Below, in pieces: positions 44,751 to 53,578 of a DNA stretch of 64,000 bases. The position numbers and the translations under genes were made by a program. Source of the DNA: Cyanobacteria bacterium auto_48_18 (lineage in GTDB: Bacteria; Cyanobacteriota; Vampirovibrionia; Obscuribacterales; Obscuribacteraceae); contig JAVHQC010000015.1 in the NCBI GenBank assembly GCA_036170915.1, forward strand, positions 96,001-160,000, in the 5' to 3' direction. The stretch's first letter is position 1; every line of letters starts with the position of its first letter. The notes beneath the pieces were generated by a model. The model was not told the DNA's origin and ran no database searches. It worked only from the letters and a program-made list of their open reading frames with translations.

Positions 44751-47099
44751 TTAGCCGATAAACCGAGATCCTGGACCTTCGAAAAGCTTATACGCTTCCT
44801 TGACCATCAAAATTTCGTCGCTACCTCGAGCATTTTCGCCGTTGCCCGAAAAATCAGGTGTGACTTTGGGGCCTCCCGATTGCCAGGCACCCGTATCTTT
44901 GCTGCGCGGTACCCAGGGTTTTTTCTCGCCCTTGCTGTCACCTTTGGATGACGACTTTTGTTCTGGTTTACTTTCGGCTTTGAACTCGGCTTTGGCCGGC
45001 GCTGGCTTCGGAGTTGGACTTGAATTTGGACTTGAATTTGGACTTGAATTTGGACTTGAATTTGGAGCTGGACTTGGAGTCGAGCTTGTGCTGGGTGCGC
45101 TGACCAGCGCCGGACCGGCAGCCGGGCGCGGCGACTCTTCGTTTTCAGAGTCGCTAATTTGAGACATTTCGGGTGGATAGGGTCTGTAAGGGGCCGGCCT
45201 GGCCGGCTCTCCGGGCTCGTCAGCCATTCCGCCGCCGGCACTTCGCCCGGCTGACTCAGCCTCTCGACCGCTGCTTGCCCGACTGGCCGCGGGTTGTCTC
45301 ACCGCTACTTCTTCGCCAATCACTTTGACTTTTACGAACATATCTTTGCCGGTCAGAGTTTTGATTGCGCCTTTGATGAAATCAAGTTTGCGCTCAAGGG
45401 TGCTGACAAAATGTTCTTTACGCACACCAATGACAAATTCGTCGTCTTTAAGAGAGAGCGCAAAGCCGTGTTGATTGACGATGCTGAATGTAGGGATACT
45501 TTTCTGATGCAAATAATCCATGAGCTTAGACCAGAATTCGTCTATTTCTTCAGTCGATTCATGAGCCATGCTCAAGCTACTCACCACAGCTGGTGCTGGT
45601 GGTGTAGCTGGTCTAGCCGCAACAGGTGCGGCCTCTTCAATTTCTGAGTCTTCTTCTTCCCGCTCGAGTGGCAACTTGGCGGCAGGTTTTTCGAGTTGTG
45701 CTTGATTCTCCGCCACACTGTATGTGGTATCAGGCACTGTGGTCGAAGCCTGTGCTGCTGGCTGAGAGGCCATGGCCGCGGGCCTGGTCGGTGCCGGAAG
45801 CGGTGCAGGAGCCGGTGCCGGTGCAGAAGCCGGTACAGAAAAGGGTACTGGTGCCGGTACTTTTGGTGGCGCTGATGCCGCAGGGATATAGGGCAGCGGC
45901 GCACCGCCGGCGATGGCGGCCTCTAGTTGTTCTACCCTGGCCGAAAGTTCTCGCACCATTAAAATGTCATGGCGGTGGCAAATGGAAAGTAAACCCACTT
46001 CAAGAGTTAGAGCCGGCTGTGTGGAACGGCGCAAGTTTGTTTCAAGGCGATCAAGTTGTTCGACTATTTGTGTTAGTTCTGATCCGTCGAAAGCCGGAGC
46101 CAGCTTTATCACTTGATCAATATAATTTTGCGTGCCAGATATGAGCTGATTGATAAGCGGCATTTCGCCATCAGCTGAAGGCGTTTTCTTATCGCCCAGG
46201 TGCAGAGCCTTCGCCATGCTAAGGAAATGCTTGGATAATTCTAGTGCCACCAGGGACGGTTCTCTGCCCTGGCTCAATAAACTATGTAGGGCGATCAGCA
46301 CGCTTGACCCATCACGGTCACGAATACCTTCGCTGATTTGCACCAGCACGTCTTCGTCAATGGCCCCGAGCAAACTTAGCAAGTCGTTGATAGATACCGG
46401 CTTCTCCGGCGTAGAGAGCAAGCTCGCTTGATCTAAAAGGCCCAGAGCATCGCGTAAACCGCCGCCTGATCTGCGGGCAATTAAATCAATAGCTTCTTCA
46501 AGAATGGAAATATTTTCCATTGCCGCTACTTTGCGCAAATGCTGAGAAAGATCTTTGTGATTAGCCAGTCTGAACATCAAGCGCTGACAGCGACTAAGGA
46601 TTGTCGGAGGCACTTTGTGTTCTTCAGTGGTAGCCAGAATGAAAATTACATTAGGTGGCGGCTCTTCAATAGTTTTCAGCAGAGCATTAAATGCTTCTTT
46701 AGTCAGCATGTGACATTCGTCGATGATGTACAACTTGAAGCGTCCGCCCTGAGCTACCAGCGGTGCGCGTTCAATCAAAACGCGAGCATCATCCACAGAG
46801 TTGTTGGACGCCGCGTCGATTTCAAATACGGCCGGCGAATTGCCAGCTGTAATTTCTACGCATGTGGTGCAAGTCAAGCACGGTGTGGCAGTAGGACCAT
46901 TCTCACAATTGAGTGACTTGGCGAGAATTCTGGCGCTTGAAGTTTTGCCGCAACCTCTAGGCCCGGTAAAAAGATAGGCATGAGCAATACGATCGTTATC
47001 AATGGCATTCGTCAGGGTCTTGACCACTGACGTCTGACCCACCAGATCATTCAATGACTGAGGGCGATGTTTTAAATAAAGTGGGTTATACGACTTCAA
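44751..47099 (-). CDS. dnaX: DNA polymerase III subunit gamma/tau
   Basis: KHRPQ, GPRGCGKTS, Zn motif, EIDAASN, IIDECHML, LKTIEEPP and SRCQ motifs; long Pro/Ala/Ser-rich linkers. Confidence 0.95.
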   Translation of the reverse strand: MKSYNPLYLKHRPQSLNDLVGQTSVVKTLTNAIDNDRIAHAYLFTGPRGCGKTSSARILAKSLNCENGPTATPCLTCTTCVEITAGNSPAVFEIDAASNNSVDDARVLIERAPLVAQGGRFKLYIIDECHMLTKEAFNALLKTIEEPPPNVIFILATTEEHKVPPTILSRCQRLMFRLANHKDLSQHLRKVAAMENISILEEAIDLIARRSGGGLRDALGLLDQASLLSTPEKPVSINDLLSLLGAIDEDVLVQISEGIRDRDGSSVLIALHSLLSQGREPSLVALELSKHFLSMAKALHLGDKKTPSADGEMPLINQLISGTQNYIDQVIKLAPAFDGSELTQIVEQLDRLETNLRRSTQPALTLEVGLLSICHRHDILMVRELSARVEQLEAAIAGGAPLPYIPAASAPPKVPAPVPFSVPASAPAPAPAPLPAPTRPAAMASQPAAQASTTVPDTTYSVAENQAQLEKPAAKLPLEREEEDSEIEEAAPVAARPATPPAPAVVSSLSMAHESTEEIDEFWSKLMDYLHQKSIPTFSIVNQHGFALSLKDDEFVIGVRKEHFVSTLERKLDFIKGAIKTLTGKDMFVKVKVIGEEVAVRQPAASRASSGREAESAGRSAGGGMADEPGEPARPAPYRPYPPEMSQISDSENEESPRPAAGPALVSAPSTSSTPSPAPNSSPNSSPNSSPNSSPTPKPAPAKAEFKAESKPEQKSSSKGDSKGEKKPWVPRSKDTGAWQSGGPKVTPDFSGNGENARGSDEILMVKEAYKLFEGPGSRFIG
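45014..45066 (-). repeat. 12-bp coding tandem repeat (four copies, PNSS) in the dnaX tail
   Basis: (TTGGACTTGAAT)x4 on the plus strand. Confidence 0.9.
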
Positions 47100-47175
47100 G
47101 GCGTGGCCACGAGCTCTTGCACTCCGATTTCAGGCATTCCTGAGACAGTTACATTTTAGCGCACTGAGGTCGAAC

Positions 47176-48174
47176 TCAGTTGGCGATTGAACATTTCTCC
47201 AATTGACTCAAGTATTGTGCTTTTTCGGATGGTTCAATGAAAGCCGCATTGATTGAATTGCGGCAGAGCTTGATTTCGTCAGCTCTACTGATATTCAGGG
47301 CGCTGACCACAGCGCGGAAATTGTCGTCGACATAACCGCCAAAGTATGCCGGGTCGTCCGAATTAATAGTGGCATTAAGCCCCAGGTCGAGCATGCGCTT
47401 AATATTATGATCGGCCATTTTGTCGAAGACTTTTAGTTTTACATTTGAAAGCGGGCAGACTGTGAGCGGAATGGCTTGCTCTCTCAGTGTCTCAATCAGG
47501 CGCGTGTCTTCAAGACTGCGCACACCATGATCGATGCGCGAAACCTTGAGCAAATTGATCGCCTGCCAAACATACTCAGGTGGCCCTTCTTCGCCTGCGT
47601 GAGCAACAGTTATAAATCCTTCCGCCCGCGCTTTATCAAAAACTGTTTGGAATTTTGAGGGTGGATTGCCCACTTCAGCAGAGTCAAGGCCAACTGCCAC
47701 AAATTTGTCGCCAAAAGCCAGTGATTCTTTGAAGACGCTCATGGCTGACTCTTCGCTTTGATCGCGCAAAAAGCACATGATTAGCGAGCTTGATAAACCG
47801 TATGCTTTTTTTGACTCTGATACCGCTTTGTGCAAACCGTTGATTACGGTTTCAAATCTGATACCACGAGCCATGTGTGCTTGCGGATCAAAGAACAATT
47901 CGGCGTGCACCACACCCTGGCTGCTGGCCCGCGCAAAATATGCAGATGCAAGATCAAAAAAATCTTCTTCGTTCTGCAAGACATTCATGCCGGCATAATA
48001 TAGATTGAGAAACGACTGCAAATCTTCGAATTGATATGCTGCTCTAAGCGCTTCAACTGATGGATAGGGCACTTTAAGCTTATTGCGCTCAGCGATAGCA
48101 AAGATCAGTTCTGGCTCAAATGTACCTTCAATGTGCAGATGTAATTCAGCTTTGGGCAGTATATTTGCTTTAAT
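47176..48174 (-). CDS. add: Adenosine/adenine deaminase with probable non-canonical (ATT) start
   Basis: HAGEE, RIDHG, CPLSN and NSDDPAYF motifs. The N-terminal LPKAELHLHIEG lies in frame upstream of the track start (48072), with no ATG/GTG/TTG before it. Confidence 0.88.
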   Translation of the reverse strand: MKANILPKAELHLHIEGTFEPELIFAIAERNKLKVPYPSVEALRAAYQFEDLQSFLNLYYAGMNVLQNEEDFFDLASAYFARASSQGVVHAELFFDPQAHMARGIRFETVINGLHKAVSESKKAYGLSSSLIMCFLRDQSEESAMSVFKESLAFGDKFVAVGLDSAEVGNPPSKFQTVFDKARAEGFITVAHAGEEGPPEYVWQAINLLKVSRIDHGVRSLEDTRLIETLREQAIPLTVCPLSNVKLKVFDKMADHNIKRMLDLGLNATINSDDPAYFGGYVDDNFRAVVSALNISRADEIKLCRNSINAAFIEPSEKAQYLSQLEKCSIAN

Positions 48175-48187
48175 TGTCGCTTCGCCT

Positions 48188-49069
48188 TTATTTGTCGTTG
48201 GGTTGTTGACGCTTCATCAATTCTTCTACTTGCTCAAGCGGCACATCCATTTGAATTGCCATGCCCTGCATCATCATACGTTTGGCACTATTCTGGTCTC
48301 CGCCTGCCGCAAGCACCTCTGCATAAATCATACGCGAAGACACTCGATCTCCGGCGGCTTGAGCAATGGCTGTTTGCATTTCTTGTACTTTTTCTACAGT
48401 TGGAGCCTGGGTATTGGCGGCATAGCTGTCTTTCACAGCCTTCAGTAAGCCGGGAGTTTGGCCCATCTCATTTTCAAGTGCTTTTTGCAATTCAGGACTG
48501 TTTTTGTCTGCGTTCGACCAGAGGTGCACCACCTGTTTCATTCGCGGCTGGTCAGCTTCCGGAATGGTGCTGGCAACCTTATTTAGAGCTACCTGGGTAT
48601 CAGCGATACGTTTGGCTTCGGCCTCAAACTTAGGTTTGAGCAGTGGTGCTTCGGCTTGCCATTTATCAGTCAGTGCTTTGAAATCGTCATCGTTTTGCTT
48701 GATATTTTTGTCGAGAGCGCCGCGGTATTGCTCAAGAGTCTTGGGTCGGTCGGCAACATCAGCCTTGGCAAAGTTTTCCACCAGGCCCTGCAGGGAGCGC
48801 ATATTTTTTGAAAGCGATTCAGGATCTGCTTTGAGCAGAGCATTAATAGGATCGTTTTGAGACTCTTGCTCTTCGGCCTCTTCAGCTTTTCCTTCTGGCG
48901 CCGCTTCTGTCTGTTCATCGGCTTCCGCGTCGGCGACCTTTATGAACTTGGCAGTCGATTTATCGCCCTTGCCCAGAGCACCGCTTTGTAATTGTTCTTG
49001 GAACTTGGAAGTGCTGTCGAGAGTTTCCTTAGCCTTGTCGTTGCCGTCGGTCGTTTCTAACTTGAGCAT
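48188..49069 (-). CDS. Hypothetical helical, acidic protein
   Basis: 293-aa ORF with a G-rich RBS upstream; no family recognised. Confidence 0.7.
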   Translation of the reverse strand: MLKLETTDGNDKAKETLDSTSKFQEQLQSGALGKGDKSTAKFIKVADAEADEQTEAAPEGKAEEAEEQESQNDPINALLKADPESLSKNMRSLQGLVENFAKADVADRPKTLEQYRGALDKNIKQNDDDFKALTDKWQAEAPLLKPKFEAEAKRIADTQVALNKVASTIPEADQPRMKQVVHLWSNADKNSPELQKALENEMGQTPGLLKAVKDSYAANTQAPTVEKVQEMQTAIAQAAGDRVSSRMIYAEVLAAGGDQNSAKRMMMQGMAIQMDVPLEQVEELMKRQQPNDK

Positions 49070-49292
49070 CGGTAACCCCCCGGTTGTACGCTTGAGGACT
49101 TAAGGTAACACGCCTCCTGCGTGTTGTCAGGAGGTGGGATTACGAAAATGTTCTCTGGATTTGGCGGTTTTGCCCAGTTGCCCAATCTAGGTGCACGTTT
49201 CGGCCGTTTTGGGCAATTTGGGCATCTCAGGTAGATTAATTAGGTTCGTCTGGCGCTGCGGTGTAATCTGACATTTCCCAAGCGGTTAAGGA

Positions 49293-49664
49293 GTGCCAGA
49301 GTTTATGACTTTGTGCCGAACAATGGCGATTGTCTTGTGCTTGTCTGGCAGTCTTTGCTTAGTGCCGGCATTGCCTGTGGAAGCTAGTGAGGGTTTGCAT
49401 TACTCTGACGCGTCTGACGTTTCGGAGTTTCTGCGCGGTAAGTCAGACAGGATAAATGGCTACGATCCGTTTCCGAGTTTGAAGACGGACGGCCCAAGTT
49501 CGATTAGTCACAGCGGCCCGGCCGCAGAGGGCGCCTTTATGGTAACAGCCCCAACTGTCCATAGTTACGGCAATATGTTGCCCTTGGCTGCGACATTTTT
49601 GTTGGTCGCCGTTTTTACAATTTTGATGACTAGAAATATGGCAAAAATCTATTTCCGTTCATAG
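49293..49664 (+). CDS. Small exported protein with C-terminal TM anchor (paralogue A)
   Basis: Signal peptide; SDVSEFLRGKSDRINGYD motif; C-terminal hydrophobic helix with basic tail. Confidence 0.65.
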   Translation: MPEFMTLCRTMAIVLCLSGSLCLVPALPVEASEGLHYSDASDVSEFLRGKSDRINGYDPFPSLKTDGPSSISHSGPAAEGAFMVTAPTVHSYGNMLPLAATFLLVAVFTILMTRNMAKIYFRS

Positions 49665-49699
49665 CGGCGAATTAATCCTTTTGCAATTGCAGGGCCCGG

Positions 49700-50179
49700 A
49701 TGCGCAAATATTTAATTATGGCTTTTGTAGTCGTCTCAGGGTTAATCAATGCGCCTACAGCTTTGGCCGACGGTGGATATTCCGTTCTAGATGGCTCCAG
49801 TTCTTCTTCCGTTACGGATTTCCTAAAGTCGAAAACAGATCGGCTAGCTGGATTTGACTCCAATTTTTTGCGTCATAAAGCCTCTGCGAAGTATGCAAAC
49901 GAAGATGCTATCAGGACGCAGGAATTGCCGGGCCTTGCCGTTGTGGTCGGTGGCGGATCGAAAGACAATCCAGTTCATATCTGGCCACCTCATATACGAG
50001 CAACCGGTGATCTGGAAAATGGCCCGCATGAGGCCTCTGCGCCAAAGACTATGACGGCCACTGCTCAGTTTGATTGGTTCGCCGCAGTTGTTTTGCCATG
50101 TGTGGGAATACTTTTTTTGATGTCCCATCTTAGTATTTTGGTGACAAAGATCTGGTCTCGTCTATCGCATGCTCGTTGA
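49700..50179 (+). CDS. Small exported protein with C-terminal TM anchor (paralogue B)
   Basis: Signal peptide ending ALA; SSVTDFLKSKTDRLAGFD motif; C-terminal TM. Confidence 0.65.
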   Translation: MRKYLIMAFVVVSGLINAPTALADGGYSVLDGSSSSSVTDFLKSKTDRLAGFDSNFLRHKASAKYANEDAIRTQELPGLAVVVGGGSKDNPVHIWPPHIRATGDLENGPHEASAPKTMTATAQFDWFAAVVLPCVGILFLMSHLSILVTKIWSRLSHAR

Positions 50180-50338
50180 ACTTTTTCATTGCCAGTCAAA
50201 TCTATTCAGAGGCCACCAGTATATATAGGGCCGTTCAGGGACAATCAATCTAAGAATCTTCTTGGCTCAAAGATTTCGAAAATTTTGAACTTTCTCATTC
50301 GAAAAACCGTTTTACAGAATAGGTCAGGAGGAAGACTT

Positions 50339-51412
50339 ATGCTGCAACGTGAAGAGAACGATAGAGCTGTAATGGATATTTTGTCCTATGTCGAGACTGT
50401 GGCGCCCACTGACAAAGATGCGCTGAATATTTTTTATCAAGGTTTGGTAGATGAGGGCCTTGCGGTGTGCGCTTGCGGTAGTACTCAAGTTAGTCGAGCT
50501 GATGGAGAACGAACATTTGTTTGTCAGAGATGCCGTCAGAAAACCTGGTTTACATCAAGCATCCTTTTGTGCAAGGCCAGGCGCTTTAAAGCGTACCTTG
50601 CCGCGGTGCTAATCTGTGAAGCCGGTTTAGAAGTCACTGGTACTCGCCTGGCCGCGCTCACCGGTATCGTATCTGCAACAGGCTTAAGCATTCAGAAAAA
50701 ATTCAATACGGCAATCAGCAATCAAATGCCTTCTGATGCACCGAAAATTTCGGGCAAGAATTTGAAAGCAATCATTGCTAAACGCACTGCCATTACACCA
50801 GTTGGCAGGAAGCCTTACGCCGAACAAGAGGAGATTGACAAGCAATTGTTGTTGGAGCAGGAATTGGAAGAGGATGCTGCCCTAAAAGCAAACGGCGCCG
50901 AAACTAATCAAGATTTCGATCCGAAGCCAGTTTCCACACTAGATAATTCTTTGCTGGATGAATTTGACATAGCAAAGAATTTTGTCTGGAGTAAATTATC
51001 GAGTGTCCCCATCTCTATAGACAAGATTTTCGAAGCGACAAATATCCCTGTTGGAAGAATTGCGGCATGTCTAACAACGCTTGAAATGGAGGGACTAGTT
51101 GAGGAAGTACCTGGCAGTCGCTTTGTGAAAGTTGCTAAGTCTTCTGCTACCGAAGCCGAAACTTCTAATCCTGACTTGGCCAGAAGTCTTGCTCTTGCGG
51201 CGAAGGACTTCGTTGGAAATACAATTGAGTATAGCCATGGTGTCGGTCGTAAAAGCATTCAACTCAAGCTCGCCGGCTGGTGGTGCACACTGGATCGCGT
51301 CCGGTGGAGCGCGGGTTCTGTTATGCGTCTTTGTTTAACGCATCCGCCTGTGACCGGTCGTATAATCATGGATTACGTTTCGCCGCCACTACTTTCAATT
51401 ATGCTCTGCTGA
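50339..51412 (+). CDS. IS1595-transposase-like Zn-ribbon/HTH protein containing a DprA-type winged helix
   Basis: AGGAGG RBS before ATG 50339; CACG...CQRC; HTH-like GTRLAALTGIVSATG; PISIDKIFEATNIPVGRIAACLTTLEMEGLVEEVPGSRF; HGVGRKSIQLKL. Confidence 0.6.
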   Translation: MLQREENDRAVMDILSYVETVAPTDKDALNIFYQGLVDEGLAVCACGSTQVSRADGERTFVCQRCRQKTWFTSSILLCKARRFKAYLAAVLICEAGLEVTGTRLAALTGIVSATGLSIQKKFNTAISNQMPSDAPKISGKNLKAIIAKRTAITPVGRKPYAEQEEIDKQLLLEQELEEDAALKANGAETNQDFDPKPVSTLDNSLLDEFDIAKNFVWSKLSSVPISIDKIFEATNIPVGRIAACLTTLEMEGLVEEVPGSRFVKVAKSSATEAETSNPDLARSLALAAKDFVGNTIEYSHGVGRKSIQLKLAGWWCTLDRVRWSAGSVMRLCLTHPPVTGRIIMDYVSPPLLSIMLC

Positions 51413-51723
51413 ATTTCTAGCTCTTTGGCTTTAGGCATTAGCTTTGACAGCAGATTAGAGATGATCTGCTCTTTCTGCTGACCAGCCTCAGAAAACCTGT
51501 GGCTTTTTGGACCTTTTTCTGCAGCAGAAGTTGTTTTTGGACGCAATTATCGGGGTTGGACTCTCGTGAAAGTGTTACTGATATTAGTGATGGTAGAGAG
51601 AAAGTGTGAGCAACATCAGTTACACTTCCGCCCTACTCCACCCAGCCGCCCAAAATCAAAGCCGCTATCACCTGAAACCCGTGGCAGTAATAGCTTTCAG
51701 CCCATTACCGAGAAGCTTTCGAA

Positions 51724-53433
51724 CTAAAGATAACGGAATAAAAGCAAGCTTAAAACCTGTGGCGACGAGCCCGGTCCTGTGCGAACCAGCTGAAAACTAA
51801 CCTGTGAAACAGGGTAAACGTAGTTTTTAGCCACAATGGTACGAGTCTGCGCCTTCGCACCCGGCTCTTCCAGAATAAATGCCGGTTCGCCAAATTTGCC
51901 TTTCATAGAGGGTAATTCATCACTAATGGAAACACCCAATCCGGCGGGTACATAACTTTGACTAAAAATGCGAAATGCCTCAGTACGCCCGTTTCGAAGA
52001 TAAACCTGCAAAAGCGGAGTTTGATTGCGATCAAACAAGGTCCAAACTTTCCAACCTGATATGACTGTGCGTACAAGGTTGCCTCGGTTCTTAAAGAATG
52101 CGGCGGTTTCATTTTCACTTGCACCGAGTGGCAAACCATTAATGCCGTGCACCGTACTTGGTGGCAAGAATGCCACCTGCAGCGGAGCGCCTTCTTGCTG
52201 GCCCTCTAAAGAAATTTCGTTGTCCGAAACAATAGCCGCTGCCTTTTCTTTTTTACGTACTTTAGGCATTGCCATGTCGCTCATGGCGTCTGATGAAAAA
52301 CTTCCGGAAGCCGCTGCAATCGGCGGAGGTGGAGCATCTTTAGACGATTCTTTCATGTGCTCGCGCACATATTTGAACAAGCCAGGCTGTTCCGTGGGGC
52401 GAATAATTCCATTTGAAATTTCAGCCACTCTAGAATCGTCTTGAGCGGCCTGCGCGGCCGCTCCCTGTGCTTTTTCTTGGGCGAGCCTTCTATCTAAGCC
52501 AAGGGGCTCGTCGATGATGTTGATGCCTCGTTGTGCGGGCCGCTGGCGCATGCTGCCAAAAGTACTCGGGCCGGCTGACGATGTTCTGCTATTAGCCAGC
52601 ATCCGTCCACTCGATGAGCCCGCAGGCGCGGCCGCAGCGGGGCTCGCCGGCGCAGCATTGCTCGAGCTATAGTTTGCCTTGCCGAACTCTTTTACATAAT
52701 CTTTGTCGCCTTGAGGAGCACTGGTTACGGTGCTACCCAGAATCATTTTCATGGGCACTTCATCACGGGCGCGCGATACCGGCTGCGATTCTCTGGCCCG
52801 CCGAGCTCCGCCAGCTGACTCTTCTTCATTTTTGCGATCGTACTCAGCCGCGGCTCCACCAGCAAAGCCAGATTTATTGTCTGCGCGCGACTTCTTCTCA
52901 GGCATGGCGGCCAGCGTGATGCCTTTGATGGCGAAAAGTTTATCGCTTGCCTGCGCTCTTGCCACCGCCCGTGGTCTTATAGCCAGGGCCGGATCTGTGT
53001 AGTTCTGATTGTTCATAGAATTGCTGAACTGGTTGCGGCTATTCTGGAAATTGCTAGCGCTACCAGGAAGATTCGACGAAGCTAGAAGCTGTTCTTGAAC
53101 GTTGCCTTCGGCACTGACTTGTTTAGATGAAGCCAGCAAGCGATTATCATTTTTTAGTGCTAGCTGTGGTTCATTGCCGAGGCGATTAAAAATGCCGACC
53201 AATAGCTTCACTCCAGAATCTGCCCGGGCAAAGTCTCCCAATTTGAATCCTGCGGCAGTGCTATGGACAGGCGCGCCTTTGCCCGGAGCAGCCATGGCAT
53301 CAGAACCAATTGAAGTTCCAGCGGTGGTAACGAGAGCGGTGGTAATTACTGCGCCAAGTCCTAGAGTGGCTGTCAGAGCAAGTCTGACAGCACTGCATTT
53401 AATTGTTTCTTTTTGGCGCTTTAACTTCGACAT
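51724..53433 (-). CDS. Exported low-complexity protein with globular C-terminal domain
   Basis: Signal/TM segment; long Ala/Ser/Gly-rich middle; C-terminal two-repeat alpha/beta domain (GLPLGASE... and GVSISD...FGEP). Confidence 0.7.
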   Translation of the reverse strand: MSKLKRQKETIKCSAVRLALTATLGLGAVITTALVTTAGTSIGSDAMAAPGKGAPVHSTAAGFKLGDFARADSGVKLLVGIFNRLGNEPQLALKNDNRLLASSKQVSAEGNVQEQLLASSNLPGSASNFQNSRNQFSNSMNNQNYTDPALAIRPRAVARAQASDKLFAIKGITLAAMPEKKSRADNKSGFAGGAAAEYDRKNEEESAGGARRARESQPVSRARDEVPMKMILGSTVTSAPQGDKDYVKEFGKANYSSSNAAPASPAAAAPAGSSSGRMLANSRTSSAGPSTFGSMRQRPAQRGINIIDEPLGLDRRLAQEKAQGAAAQAAQDDSRVAEISNGIIRPTEQPGLFKYVREHMKESSKDAPPPPIAAASGSFSSDAMSDMAMPKVRKKEKAAAIVSDNEISLEGQQEGAPLQVAFLPPSTVHGINGLPLGASENETAAFFKNRGNLVRTVISGWKVWTLFDRNQTPLLQVYLRNGRTEAFRIFSQSYVPAGLGVSISDELPSMKGKFGEPAFILEEPGAKAQTRTIVAKNYVYPVSQVSFQLVRTGPGSSPQVLSLLLFRYL

Positions 53434-53505
53434 TCCACTTACTCGTCTGCTTCCTTGATCGTGCCTTTTTATCTTCCTTCAAATTTCAATTGACCGCTTA
53501 AACCA

Positions 53506-53578
53506 TAAGGTCGGCGCCTCCAAATTAAGGTCGGAGCCTCCAAATTAAGGTCGGAGCTTCCAAATTAAGTTGGCGCCC
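53506..53578. repeat. 20-bp tandem repeat (about 3.6 copies) overlapping the regulator stop codon
   Basis: TAAGGTCGG(C/A)GC(C/T)TCCAAAT at 53506, 53526 and 53546; degenerate copy at 53566. Confidence 0.9.

Noticed and set aside
44800..46144. Alternative-frame ORFs with LEFG, IQVQ or HRHR repeats
   Set aside because: Shadows of the low-complexity and tandem-repeat segments of dnaX.
50189..51412. Active IS1595-family insertion sequence
   Set aside because: No DDE catalytic motifs, terminal inverted repeats or target-site duplication are visible; reported as a chimeric CDS instead.
53445..53470. SRP RNA-like AAGGAAGCAG on the minus strand
   Set aside because: Lacks the CAGG-(N)-GGAA stem-loop context; it lies in the leader just upstream of the 51724-53433 gene.
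53506..53578. Possible CRISPR array
   Set aside because: Units are head-to-tail with no unique spacers.
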